A stretch of 63,065 nt of DNA, filler included, from Octopus bimaculoides (taxonomy: Eukaryota): the NCBI RefSeq assembly GCF_001194135.2. It is 5 parts of 5 records of this genome, joined end to end, with 100 filler letters (N's around TTAATTAATTAA, not from the genome) between each part and the next. Parts side by side here need not be neighbours in the genome. Positions count along the whole stretch, not along the records: positions 26,917 to 31,483 come from NC_068984.1; positions 31,584 to 53,513 come from NC_068983.1; 3 more parts are not named here. The stretch is one strand, 5' to 3'. Positions 27,367 through 38,361 of this stretch are shown here, piece by piece. The translations under genes and the position numbers were made by a program. Under the pieces are notes generated by a model. That model did not search any database, was not told where the DNA came from, and was given only the letters and a program-made list of their open reading frames with translations. Positions within the stretch are counted from its first letter, which is position 1, and every line of letters begins with the position of its first letter.

Positions 27367-28380
27367 NNNNNNNNNNNNNNNNNNNNNNNNNNNNNNNNNN
27401 NNNNNNNNNNNNNNNNNNNNNNNNNNNNNNNNNNNNNNNNNNNNNNNNNNNNNNNNNNNNNNNNNNNNNNNNNNNNNNNNNNNNNNNNNNNNNNNNNNNN
27501 NNNNNNNNNNNNNNNNNNNNNNNNNNNNNNNNNNNNNNNNNNNNNNNNNNNNNNNNNNNNNNNNNNNNNNNNNNNNNNNNNNNNNNNNNNNNNNNNNNNN
27601 NNNNNNNNNNNNNNNNNNNNNNNGTATAAACAACAAGCAGGGGTATTAGTTTGATGCTTGGGAAAGTGAGAAAGTCTTTTATGTTTCGAGCCTATGCTCT
27701 TCGACAGAAAAGAAAACAAGGAAATTAAACAGAAAGTATAAAAAGATTTTGTATATTTTGTGTATGTATATCAGATGTCATGATGGTTCCAAGGTGTAGG
27801 TACAGGAGGTGGTCAAACTCTGCATAAGGAGTAGACAACCCACCATATATATATATATAGATATATATATATATATGGTGTTAGGTGTTGGTGTCAGGAA
27901 GGGCATCCAGCTGTAAAAATCCTGCCAAAACATCACAGAAGTCCAGTGCAGGCTTCAGCCTGGCTGGCTCTTGTGGTACCGTCCCACCCATGCTAGCACA
28001 TTAAATGTTGATGATGATGATGATGATGATATATATGTATGTGTGTATGTATGTGTGTCTGTATTTATTTATTTATACATAGGCATGAGACATGCTTCAC
28101 TAACACAACACAGAATGGCAAATTACACAGCATTGCACAAGACAATGCTGTCTTTCCATTAAAAAAGACTAAAATACATCGTTGCAGCAACACCTCCGAT
28201 TCCACCACACCTTCAAATGTCGTTTCACTTCTGTTCAATAAACAACAACATCAACAACAACAGCTGTGATTAAAAGCAAAATCATGTAGAAACTGCAATT
28301 ATAAGAGGTTTCTTTTCTTTTCTTTTCTTTCATGTAAAGAGAAGGAAGTGAATGAAAGGAGTGTGAAAGACATAACTTAC

Positions 28381-28558
28381 CGATATTTATATACAAGTTG
28401 CTCATTGGCATCGTCTTTGTTGTTTGGAAGTGAGTTTTTCAAAGATTCAAACACGGCTTGGCTGTTCCGTGTGTTGTAAGTTGAAGGTAGACTTGGTAAC
28501 TGGTTGAAGCTTAGATTCATTGGATCGTCCAACACAGACATGTAATCATCAGAAGTGG
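28381..28558 (-). CDS. Probable internal coding exon (178 nt, phase 1 to phase 2) of an unidentified gene: xTSDDYMSVLDDPMNLSFNQLPSLPSTYNTRNSQAVFESLKNSLPNNKDDANEQLVYKYR
   Basis: Unique, non-repetitive sequence with an open frame. The acceptor is cttgccctattttcag| and the donor is a perfect CG|GTAAGT. The protein family was not recognised. Confidence 0.7.
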
Positions 28559-29089
28559 CTGAAAATAGGGCAAGTTGACATATATACACACATATATATA
28601 TATATACATATATATATATTCTTTTCTTTATTCTTTTACTTTTACAGCGGCGGCGACGGCGACGACGACAACAACAACAGAACACAAAACCTAACCCACA
28701 GATACCACATTCACGCTGATATCAAACAAACAGCAGACATCATAGTCAAAATATTTCATGATCATTGGAAGAAACTTGATGTTTGTGGTAAAATATTTTC
28801 AATGAAAGAGAATAGAAATGCTAGACATAACATCTTTCCCATGAATCTAGTTTGTTAGAAAATGAATAATAACAACAGCCAAAATAGTCATTTCTTCCCA
28901 ATTTTTAAATGGAGCAGATCAAGACATGACGTTGACGGAAGAGAAAAGTTTGTAGCTTCATACAAAATACAAAGGTTAAATGCAGTGATTCTCAATTGGG
29001 ATCCATATACTCCCAAGGGTCCATATAAGATTTTGTGGGGTACACACAAGCAAAATAGTAAATTGGAGACCCACAAGTAATGCCATTTT

Positions 29090-29279
29090 GTTTAGGACAG
29101 GTATAATTACCAACACAGAAACATGTATCATACATCAAAATGAAGCTGGTCCTCTGTGGATCACATCCCTACTTCTCAACATAGTCACCATTTCTCTCAA
29201 TAGCAATGTTCCACCTTCGAATGAGAGCATGTATCCCTGCCCCGTAAAATTCTGTTGACTGTTCTTTGAGCCATTTCTT
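29090..29279 (-). mobile_element. Mariner 3' end fragment
   Basis: KKWLKEQSTEFY, one frameshift, then AGIHALIRRWNIAIERNGDYVEK* (stop at 29169-29171). Truncated by a gap. Confidence 0.75.
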
Positions 29280-30799
29280 NNNNNNNNNNNNNNNNNNNNN
29301 NNNNNNNNNNNNNNNNNNNNNNNNNNNNNNNNNNNNNNNNNNNNNNNNNNNNNNNNNNNNNNNNNNNNNNNNNNNNNNNNNNNNNNNNNNNNNNNNNNNN
29401 NNNNNNNNNNNNNNNNNNNNNNNNNNNNNNNNNNNNNNNNNNNNNNNNNNNNNNNNNNNNNNNNNNNNNNNNNNNNNNNNNNNNNNNNNNNNNNNNNNNN
29501 NNNNNNNNNNNNNNNNNNNNNNNNNNNNNNNNNNNNNNNNNNNNNNNNNNNNNNNNNNNNNNNNNNNNNNNNNNNNNNNNNNNNNNNNNNNNNNNNNNNN
29601 NNNNNNNNNNNNNNNNNNNNNNNNNNNNNNNNNNNNNNNNNNNNNNNNNNNNNNNNNNNNNNNNNNNNNNNNNNNNNNNNNNNNNNNNNNNNNNNNNNNN
29701 NNNNNNNNNNNNNNNNNNNNNNNNNNNNNNNNNNNNNNNNNNCCTCTGCAAGTTAATGTGAGAAAAATAAAATAGGAATTTTGAAAGATTTATCTGCAAA
29801 ATTAGTTTTTAAACATTGAATGGCAATGCAGATCCACCAGATCAAAGAGGTCCAAAGATATTTTTTAAATGGTTGGAAACCACTGGTTTAATAAGAAAAG
29901 TCATAAATATGAAAAATAAAAGTAGAGTACAGTTGTATGTCTTTAATAACACAACTCCCCAACCCCTCACTACCCCTGCTGCTAAATACATACATTCATG
30001 TTTATGTGCTTCTATAATCATTTCTCCCTTTCTTCTAGATCTCTCTCTCTCTCTCTCTCTCTCTTCCTCTTTCTCTCTTCCTCTCTCTCTTCCTCTCCCC
30101 ATCGGCATCTACCAAACAGAAATTTACAGCAACATTTTGTATGGGAGACCTGAATGAACTTCCAACTCCAGACACATTAAAATTTCCCAATATCTCTGTC
30201 GAGAAGATGGAATGAAAAGCTTCAAATACGTTAAACTATTAATTACTGTTATTGTTGTAATTAATTATTACATTTAAATGACTCGGTTCATATTTAGAAC
30301 ACTGTTTATCTGCTTTAATCAACTCTCTCTCTCTCTCCCACTTTTTCCTCTTCTCTCTCTCTCCCACTCTCTCCTCTTCTCTCTCTCCCCCACTCTCTCC
30401 TCTTCTCTCTCTCTCCCACTCTCTCCTGTTCTCTTCTCTCTCTCTCCCACTCTCTCCTCTTCTCTTCTCTCTCTCTCTCTCTTTCTCCCTCCCCACCAAG
30501 TATATTAGCAATCATGTTTGACAAGCAAGTCCTGCAATTAGTCATTGTTATAGGCACAGGCGCGGTCGTGTGGTAAAGAAGTTTGCTCTCCAACCACATA
30601 GTTCTGGGTTCAGTCTCACAGCTGGTGGTGGTGTGTTTACAATCCCGTAACTTAGCAGTTCAGCAAAAGAAACCAATAGAAACCAGTAGCAGGCTTTAAA
30701 AAAAAATAATAATAAGTACAGGGTTTGATCCATTTGACAAAAATTCTTTAAGGTGTTGCTCCAGCATGGCTGCAGTCTAATGACTGAAAGAAGTGAAAA

Positions 30800-31222
30800 A
30801 ATAAAATGCTCAATGGCATTTCGTCTACTTTTACAATCTGAGTTCAAATCCCACCAAAGTCAACTTTGCCTTTCATCCCGTTCAGGGCCGATAAAATAAG
30901 TACCAGTTGAGCACTGGGGTTGATGTAATTAATTATCCCCTTACCCCGCAAATTTTCAGGTCTTGTGCCTTTAGTAGACAGGATTATTATTGATATTATT
31001 GTTAAAGGTGGCGAGATGGCAGAATTATTAGCACATCGGACAAAATGCTTAGCAACATTTCTTCCAGTTTTACATTCAGAGTTCAAATTCCACCAAGATC
31101 AACTTGGCCTTTCATTCTTTCGGGATCAATAAAGTTAAATACTAGTCAAACACTGCAGTTGAAGGGATCAGCTAATGCATTCTCAGAAAATTGCTGGCCT
31201 TGTGCCAAAATATGAAACAATT
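30800..31222 (+). mobile_element. Two tandem SINE family A copies (30800-30985, 31005-31222), CpG-depleted
   Basis: The consensus CCGCCGAGGTCGAC is decayed to CCCACCAAAGTCAAC and CCACCAAGATCAAC. Confidence 0.82.
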
Positions 31223-31249
31223 ATTATTATTATTATTATCATTATTACT

Positions 31250-31445
31250 ATTTTATTGTCTTTGCACAGCTTCTAACACTGGAGATGTCCTACGGTGCCA
31301 GCTGCTCACTACCAGTGAACTAAGGTAACACCCTTTATTTTTCGACCACCTTCCGGAGTATTCAAGCAGTGCTGTTTTCTGCAAGTGCTCCACCCTTATT
31401 GCAGCCCCTATTTGTTCCACATACTTCTCAAGATTTTTACTCACT
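31250..31445 (-). mobile_element. 3' end of an RLE-type non-LTR element (R4/Dong-like) in a (TAA)n tract
   Basis: SKNLEKYVEQIGAAIRVEHLQKTALL matches the C-terminus of restriction-like endonucleases. The 3' end abuts (TAA)n, the known target of Dong elements. Confidence 0.6.
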
Positions 31446-31816
31446 GTTGTAACAAATAAATACTGTATAATATCGTGGATTTTNNNNNNNNNNNNNNNNN
31501 NNNNNNNNNNNNNNNNNNNNNNNNNNNTTAATTAATTAANNNNNNNNNNNNNNNNNNNNNNNNNNNNNNNNNNNNNNNNNNNNAAAAGAGGGTTCCTTAT
31601 ACACGTTAAAATACGGTGTGTGTATACACACACACACACACACAAATATATATATATATGTAACGCGAGTATGCATGTAACACACATCGACAAATCGACA
31701 AAAAATAGTAAATTAAAAATTTGCTGAGTTCAACAAAACCTTCGAACCACTGTTTAGTCGAATGTCAAACTTTACATAGTTTACTATCTTGAAATTGGCA
31801 GGCTCCATTACGTGAA

Positions 31817-31890
31817 GCGTCGGTGGTGTAACGGTTAGCATGGTTGCCTTCCAAGCAGTCGAAAATTAAGGATGCGTCATCCTTAATTTT
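31817..31890 (+). pseudogene. tRNA-Gly(TCC) pseudogene: 5' 46 nt intact, T arm and 3' acceptor strand replaced by an inverted copy of the 3' end and trailer
   Basis: 31817-31862 is identical to nt 1-46 of the intact gene. It is followed by AAATTAAGGATGCGTC, the reverse complement of GACGCATCCTTAATTT, and then the trailer and T12 (31887-31898). No B box remains. Confidence 0.88.
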
Positions 31891-32371
31891 TTTTTTTTAA
31901 CTGAGTGATAACTACTATCATGTAGTTAAGAGTTTGATCCTATCACACAAGGGTCTTTCATCATAAACACAGGTTGAAGGAGGGCTTGTGAGTGAAACTG
32001 TTGCACTGAAACTGTTGAGAAGTTTATCGCATGGATTGTATACGTAATTCAAAAGGTGTATGTTTATGGAATACTCAGCCACTTACAATGTGATTCAATG
32101 AATACACCATTCTTTTTTCGAACAACTGGAACATTTTTTTACTGACAGCAGTGAACTCTCGTACTGTCTAGTTACGGAGTGCGTGTTCAATCGCGTTGTG
32201 CAATATACAACCAAACGCGGCGAATTCTAAATGTTCGCCTGAGCCATTTTTTGTTAATAAATAGCAGGATGTTTTTCATTTTCACCAGTGAGGTGAGAAA
32301 GAGAGAGAGCAAGAGGGCGGAGAGTTTGTTTTCAGGAAGCTACGTTACATTATTTTCTTTCCTGTTGAAGC

Positions 32372-32756
32372 TGCTGTTGGCACTCCGTCGTCTACGACTA
32401 TGAGGGTTCCAGTTGATCCGATCAACGGAACAGCCTGCTCGTGAAATTAACGTGCAAGTGGCTGAGCTCTCCACAGACACGTGTACCCTTAACGTAGTTC
32501 TCGGGGATATTCAGCGTGACACAGTGTGACAAGGCTGGCCCTTTGAATTACAGGTACAACAGAAACAGGAAGTAAGAGTGAGAGAAAGTTGTGGTGGAAG
32601 AGTACAGCAGGGTTCGCCACCATCGCCTGCCGGAGCCTCGTGGAGCTTTAGGTGTTTTCGCTCAATAAACACTCACAACGCCCGGTCTGGGAATCGAAAC
32701 GGCGATCCTATGACCGCGGGTCCGCTGCCCTAACCACTGGGCCATTGCGTCTCCAC
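32372..32756 (-). mobile_element. tRNA-derived SINE, family C (full length)
   Basis: Head GTGGAGACGCAATGGCCCAGTGG with A and B boxes, a (CAA/CAG) tail, and a 12-bp TSD TCCTGTTGAAGC (32360-32371, 32757-32768). Confidence 0.92.
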
Positions 32757-33159
32757 TCCTGTTGAAGCATATGTAACCAAATTCGACTGAATTGAAAAGC
32801 CAACTTTGAATGCTTTTCCACAGCCCACAATCTTTGTGAGGTATTAATTTGGTTCGTTGTATAATTTTATTTAGCCGAAGAATAAAGTGTCACTGTCAAA
32901 TGAAAGCTCGTTTTTGGTATTATTTCCATCGTTTTATGTGCAACTCATGAGAAGCAAGAATTTGTATTGAGAGGGCCAGAAACACAACCTTCCAGTTAAA
33001 AACTTCTCGATAATTTCAGTGCAAACGATTTCACTCACAAGCCTTCCTTCAACCCGAGGTTATGATGAAAGGCCATTGTCTAAGGTGCCGTATGACAGGA
33101 TCAAACTTGTAAAATAAATTTCTTTATCATTCAGTTGATAAAAAAGAAAAGTAAATTGA

Positions 33160-33219
33160 TGCATCGAACCCGGATCGACTGCTTCGAAGCAACCATGCTA
33201 ACCTTTACACCACCGACGC
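33160..33219 (-). pseudogene. tRNA-Gly pseudogene with an 11-nt deletion in the T arm/acceptor and a damaged anticodon loop
   Basis: Aligns to the intact gene but lacks CTCCCGGCCGA, lacks 1 nt in the anticodon arm, and reads TTCGAA in place of TTCCAA. Confidence 0.88.
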
Positions 33220-33927
33220 CTCACGTGATCCTGGCCTACACATTTCATGTAACGAGTTTAATTTAGCCTAAAATATATTGCAAATATATTCGTTCAAAAT
33301 ATACTCGCCACTGTTAGCAATAGTATTTTCACACTAGTTTGCCGATTCTTTGAACCAAAACATCAGGTTCTTTAGAAGAGAAAATCGTTTAAAGTGCCCT
33401 TTCATCGTCCCTGCTTCTGAATGCTTTCCCGCAGCTACAGGGTTCAGATGATCTGAATAAGTAAATAAACTGGTGGTTATAGGTGTGGTTAGTAGGGCGA
33501 GTGAGATAGAGCTTCTCAGTCTAATGAATTAATCTTTTCTTTGGTTGTCTTGTTGAATGCACGGCTTTATTATCAGGGGACAGCTCATGAGGTGTCCACT
33601 ACCCTTCTTTATACACTTTCACACTCAGCTTGAGAGAATCTTGCACAGTGTACCAAGGTTTATCAAGCCTCCGGAATAAATCCCCGGTTCTTTGATGCGG
33701 AAATTGATAGACAGAATCTGTGAAAGCCCATCAATAGACGTCAGTGATTGGTTGAAATTACTGAAATACGACAATTTTAACACGAAATAACTTTTAAAAT
33801 ATAAACTTTTCTCAATAACACTAAGAGTAAAAGATGTTTTATATGACACATTCTACCAGTGTCCCAAGTTTGAAAGTGTTTCGTTAAGAAAACAAGTGGT
33901 GTCCGCCAAATCAGAAAGATCCAGCGC

Positions 33928-33959
<32 letters not shown>

Positions 33960-34482
33960 GTACGTACTTATGTATGTGTGTATGTATGTATGTATGTATG
34001 TATGTATGTATGTATGTATGTATGTATGTATGTGCACGCGTGATTGTTTCCATCACCGCTTGACAAATGGTGCTGGTTAGTTTATGACCCCGTACTTAGC
34101 GGTTTGGCGAGAGTAACCGATAGAATAAGCACCAGATTAAAAAATATGTACTGGGGTCGATTTGTTCAACTAAACTGAATGAAGTAAAAGATGGTTCGAG
34201 TCGTTCGAAAAACGGAATGGTCTACTCACTGACTTAAATTGTAAATGGCCGAGTATTCCATAAACATGCATCTTTTGAATTACATGCTCAATCCATGTGA
34301 CAAATTTCTCAATAGTTTTAATGAAACCAATTTTACTTATGAGCCCTGCTTCGACCCGAGTTCATGATAAGACCTTTGTCCAAGGTTCCGTGCGAAAGGA
34401 TCAAACCCGTGACTACATGATTGTGAAATAAACTTAATCATTCAATTAATAAAAAAAGAAACGAAAAAAAAAAACGAAGGGA

Positions 34483-34554
34483 TGCGTCGGCCGGGAGTCG
34501 AACCCGGATCGACTGCTTGGAAGGCAACCATGCTAACCGTTACACCACCGACGC
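34483..34554 (-). tRNA. tRNA-Gly-TCC: tRNA-Gly(TCC), intact
   Basis: Minus strand reads GCGTCGG TG GTGTAACGGTTAGCAT G GTTGC CT-TCC-AA GCAGT CGAT CCGGG TTCGACT CCCGG CCGACGC A. It is 72 nt with a perfect 7-bp acceptor stem and T arm, A and B boxes, and anticodon TCC (plus 34519-34521). An oligo-T Pol III terminator follows at about plus 34464-34474. Confidence 0.96.
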
Positions 34555-35638
34555 TTCACTTGAAATTGGATTACAATTTAAAGATACTGAACTATGTAAA
34601 GTTTGCGTCACTCACCTAAACAGCTGCTTGAAATTTTGGTGAACTCAGCAAATTTTTTCTTTACATCTTTTTGTCTCTGTGTTGTATAGATAACTTATAT
34701 ACTGCTGTATACGTCCGTAATTAGTGTTTGTTTATTATACGTGCGTTTTTATTGTATGTGTGTGTCTTAATGAATATGTGTATATGTGTATGTGCGTGTG
34801 TAAGTGTGTTTGTGTGTGTATAGAACAGAAAACCCTGCTTTTTCGTATAAAACACAGGCGCACACAAGTATCCATCCATCCATCCCTATATATATATATA
34901 TATATATATATATNNNNNNNNNNNNNNNNNNNNNNNNNNNNNNNNNNNNNNNNNNNNNNNNNNNNNNNNNNNNNNNNNNNNNNNNNNNNNNNNNNNNNNN
35001 NNNNNNNNNNNNNNNNNNNNNNNNNNNNNNNNNNNNNNNNNNNNNNNNNNNNNNNNNNNNNNNNNNNNNNNNNNNNNNNNNNNNNNNNNNNNNNNNNNNN
35101 NNNNNNNNNNNNNNNNNNNNNNNNNNNNNNNNNNNNNNNNNNNNNNNNNNNNNNNNNNNNNNNNNNNNNNNNNNNNNNNNNNNNNNNNNNNNNNNNNNNN
35201 NNNNNNNNNNNNNNNNNNNNNNNNNNNNNNNNNNNNNNNNNNNNNNNNNNNNNNNNNNNNNNNNNNNNNNNNNNNNNNNNNNNNNNNNNNNNNNNNNNNN
35301 NNNNNNNNNNNNNNNNNNNNNNNNNNNNNNNNNNNNNNNNNNNNNNNNNNNNNNNNNNNNNNNNNNNNNNNNNNNNNNNNNNNNNNNNNNNNNNNNNNNN
35401 NNNNNNNNNNNNNNNNNNNNNNNNNNNNNNNNNNNNNNNNNNNNNNNNNNNNNNNNNNNNNNNNNNNNNNNNNNNNNNNNNNNNNNNNNNNNNNNNNNNN
35501 NNNNNNNNNNNNNNNNNNNNNNNNNNNNNNNNNNNNNNNNNNNNNNNNNNNNNNNNNNNNNNNNNNNNNNNNNNNNNNNNNNNNNNNNNNNNNNNNNNNN
35601 NNNNNNNNNNNNNNNNNNNNNNNNNNNNNNNNNNNNNN

Positions 35639-35686
<48 letters not shown>

Positions 35687-35835
35687 TCATAGTCATATAT
35701 ACATACGTATATGTACATACTGACATATATATGTCTATGTGTGTATATATATAGGCATCTATACATACATATATACATACTGACATATATACATTTATAT
35801 GCATATGTTTATAAATATATAAATGCATGTGCGTG

Positions 35836-35871
<36 letters not shown>

Positions 35872-36094
35872 TGTATACATACACACAGACACAGACACAC
35901 ACATGTATATAGACACACAAATATGTGTACAGTTGTATACACATACATTTATATACATGCATATATGCACACATACACACATATATATACACAAATATGC
36001 ATGCATCCCGATGCATATATCCATACACATCTACACGCGTGCGCGCACACATACACACATTCGTTCATTTAACGTTCCTCCGTTCATTTAATTT

Positions 36095-36330
36095 TCTCAT
36101 TCTGTATTCTCCAGATCTCGCCTCTTGCGACTTTTCCTCTTTCCAAAAATCAAATCCAGCTTGAAAGGAAGAAGATTTCAGGACGTCGAGGAAACCAAAG
36201 TGAATGCGATAAGGCAACTGATGATTATCCCAGAAAGTCTTGATATTCAATATTCAAGGAATATTGTTGAAGTGTGCGGACTATACCGAACTAGCAAGGT
36301 GTGCTTCAATTTAAGTACCTAATTCAACTG
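36095..36330 (+). mobile_element. Mariner transposase C-terminal fragment (decayed)
   Basis: YSPDLASCDF, then frameshifted LFPKIKSSLKGRRFQDVEETKVNA. Confidence 0.82.
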
Positions 36331-36449
36331 AATCTTAATTATACCTTTATGGGATATGAGCATAATATCGAAGAGAAAAAAAGATGTACCTTTGGATGTT
36401 ATATGTGCGTTTGTGAATTCATTTTAGCAGATTCATATGTATACATATA

Positions 36450-36794
36450 TACGTGGTCTGATCAATAAGTATTCGGAGTGTTGCCATAATAACGAAGCTA
36501 AAACATGCAGAGTGAAGCCGTTTGGCACAGATTGAACTCTGAATTGCATGCGCACTAAGTTTTAACTGAGAAAAATATCGCAGGTGTGCGTGCAACTGTG
36601 AGGGGGAAGAGGATGTGCAGATTAGTTACGGTTCAGATCAGTCCATTATCAGTGAAGATTTAGGTATGAGACACGTGTCTGCCAAGTTTGTGCCAAAACT
36701 GCTTTCAGTTGACCGAAAAGACACTTGGGTTTCAGTTGCACAAAATCTCCTTGATTGTATCGAGAACGATGAAAACTTTTTGAAAACGATCACC
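36450..36794 (+). mobile_element. Mariner 5' TIR plus an internally deleted transposase fragment
   Basis: TA|CGTGGTCTGATCAATAAGTATTCGG TIR-like start, followed by SEDLGMRHVSAKFVPKLLS..VAQNLLDCIENDENFLKTIT (WVPHEL-equivalent motif, just before the DD34D GDE). Confidence 0.8.
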
Positions 36795-37454
36795 CGCAAC
36801 ATAAATACATACATATAGTGAGAACACACAAGACAAATAATAGAAATACATATACTCATCCCATATACAAATGTAACTAAACAACACTTACAACATGAAT
36901 ATACTCAACACCAGTTGTCATGTCGAGTCGAGCACACACAAATCCCAATGACATTCTCTTTCATGCTCCCCTGCCCACCATCATTTCCATAATACTTATT
37001 TTTGTATGTATGTGCATGTGTGTGTGTGTGTGTGTGTGTGTGTGAAGGTTAGGGCATTCGACTCACGATCGTAAGGTCGTGAGTTCAATTCCCGGCGACT
37101 CGTTGTGTCCTTGACCAAGACACTTCATTTCACGAACCCTGGGTATGTGGGAGTTGAGAGAATAACGAACAAGCACCAACACATCCTATAATAGGTCCTA
37201 CCGATCTAAGGGCTGAGAGACAGCTGGAGTCTATAAACGGGCAGTTTCAATAGAACATTTACATGCCAGACTACCGAAAGTTTTGCTGATGTCGAGGCTG
37301 ACCACATTGCTTTCACCAAATTTCTCCCAGGCGAGTGTAGGACAGAGGAGAAATGCTCTATTGTAGATGTATGTTTATGGAAACCATACCAGTGATCATT
37401 AATGAACGAGACAGCGTTAAAGTATTGAATGACGTCGTTGTTAACGCCAGTCAT

Positions 37455-37573
37455 CATTGGCGTTGAGACATTGGCGTTGAGACATTGGCGTTGAGACATT
37501 GGCGTTGAGACATTGGCGTTGAGACATTGGCGTTGAGACATTGGCGTTGAGACATTGGCGTTGAGACATTGGC
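37455..37573. repeat. 14-bp tandem array (CATTGGCGTTGAGA)n, at least 8 perfect units, running into a gap
   Basis: Directly visible, with no variant units. Confidence 0.95.
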
Positions 37574-38093
37574 NNNNNNNNNNNNNNNNNNNNNNNNNNN
37601 NNNNNNNNNNNNNNNNNNNNNNNNNNNNNNNNNNNNNNNNNNNNNNNNNNNNNNNNNNNNNNNNNNNNNNNNNNNNNNNNNNNNNNNNNNNNNNNNNNNN
37701 NNNNNNNNNNNNNNNNNNNNNNNNNNNNNNNNNNNNNNNNNNNNNNNNNNNNNNNNNNNNNNNNNNNNNNNNNNNNNNNNNNNNNNNNNNNNNNNNNNNN
37801 NNNNNNNNNNNNNNNNNNNNNNNNNNNNNNNNNNNNNNNNNNNNNNNNNNNNNNNNNNNNNNNNNNNNNNNNNNNNNNNNNNNNNNNNNNNNNNNNNNNN
37901 NNNNNNNNNNNNNNNNNNNNNNNNNNNNNNNNNNNNNNNNNNNNNNNNNNNNNNNNNNNNNNNNNNNNNNNNNNNNNNNNNNNNNNNNNNNNNNNNNNNN
38001 NNNNNNNNNNNNNNNNNNNNNNNNNNNNNNNNNNNNNNNNNNNNNNNNNNNNNNNNNNNNNNNNNNNNNNNNNNNNNNNNNNNNNNNNNNNNN

Positions 38094-38361
38094 TGGCTTT
38101 GAAGCAACCGAAGCTGCTTTCACAAAAAGCGCCAGTGTATGCAGTTGCCAGTGCCGGTAACCTTGTTGCTTTGAAGCAATCGAAGCTTCTTTCACAAAAA
38201 GCGCCAGTGTATGCAGTTGCCAGTGCCGGTAACCTTGTGGCTTTGAAGCAACCGAAGCTGCTTTCACAAAAAGCGCCAATGTATGCAGTTGCCAGTGCCG
38301 GTAACCTTGTTGCTTTGAAGCAATCGAAGCTCCTTTCACAAAAAGCGCCAATGTATGCAGT
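38094..38361. repeat. 72-bp minisatellite, at least 3.7 units, with A/B alternation
   Basis: Units start at 38101, 38173, 38245 and 38317. Variants AACC/AATC and TGTTGCT/TGTGGCT alternate between units. Confidence 0.95.

Noticed and set aside
32680-32756. tRNA-like heads of SINE families A, B, C and E as tRNA genes
   Set aside because: A and B boxes are present, but there is no closed cloverleaf. They continue into SINE bodies with tails and TSDs.
37455-38361. 14-bp and 72-bp arrays as CRISPR-like repeats
   Set aside because: The units are head-to-tail with no unique spacers, there are no cas genes, and the context is eukaryotic.
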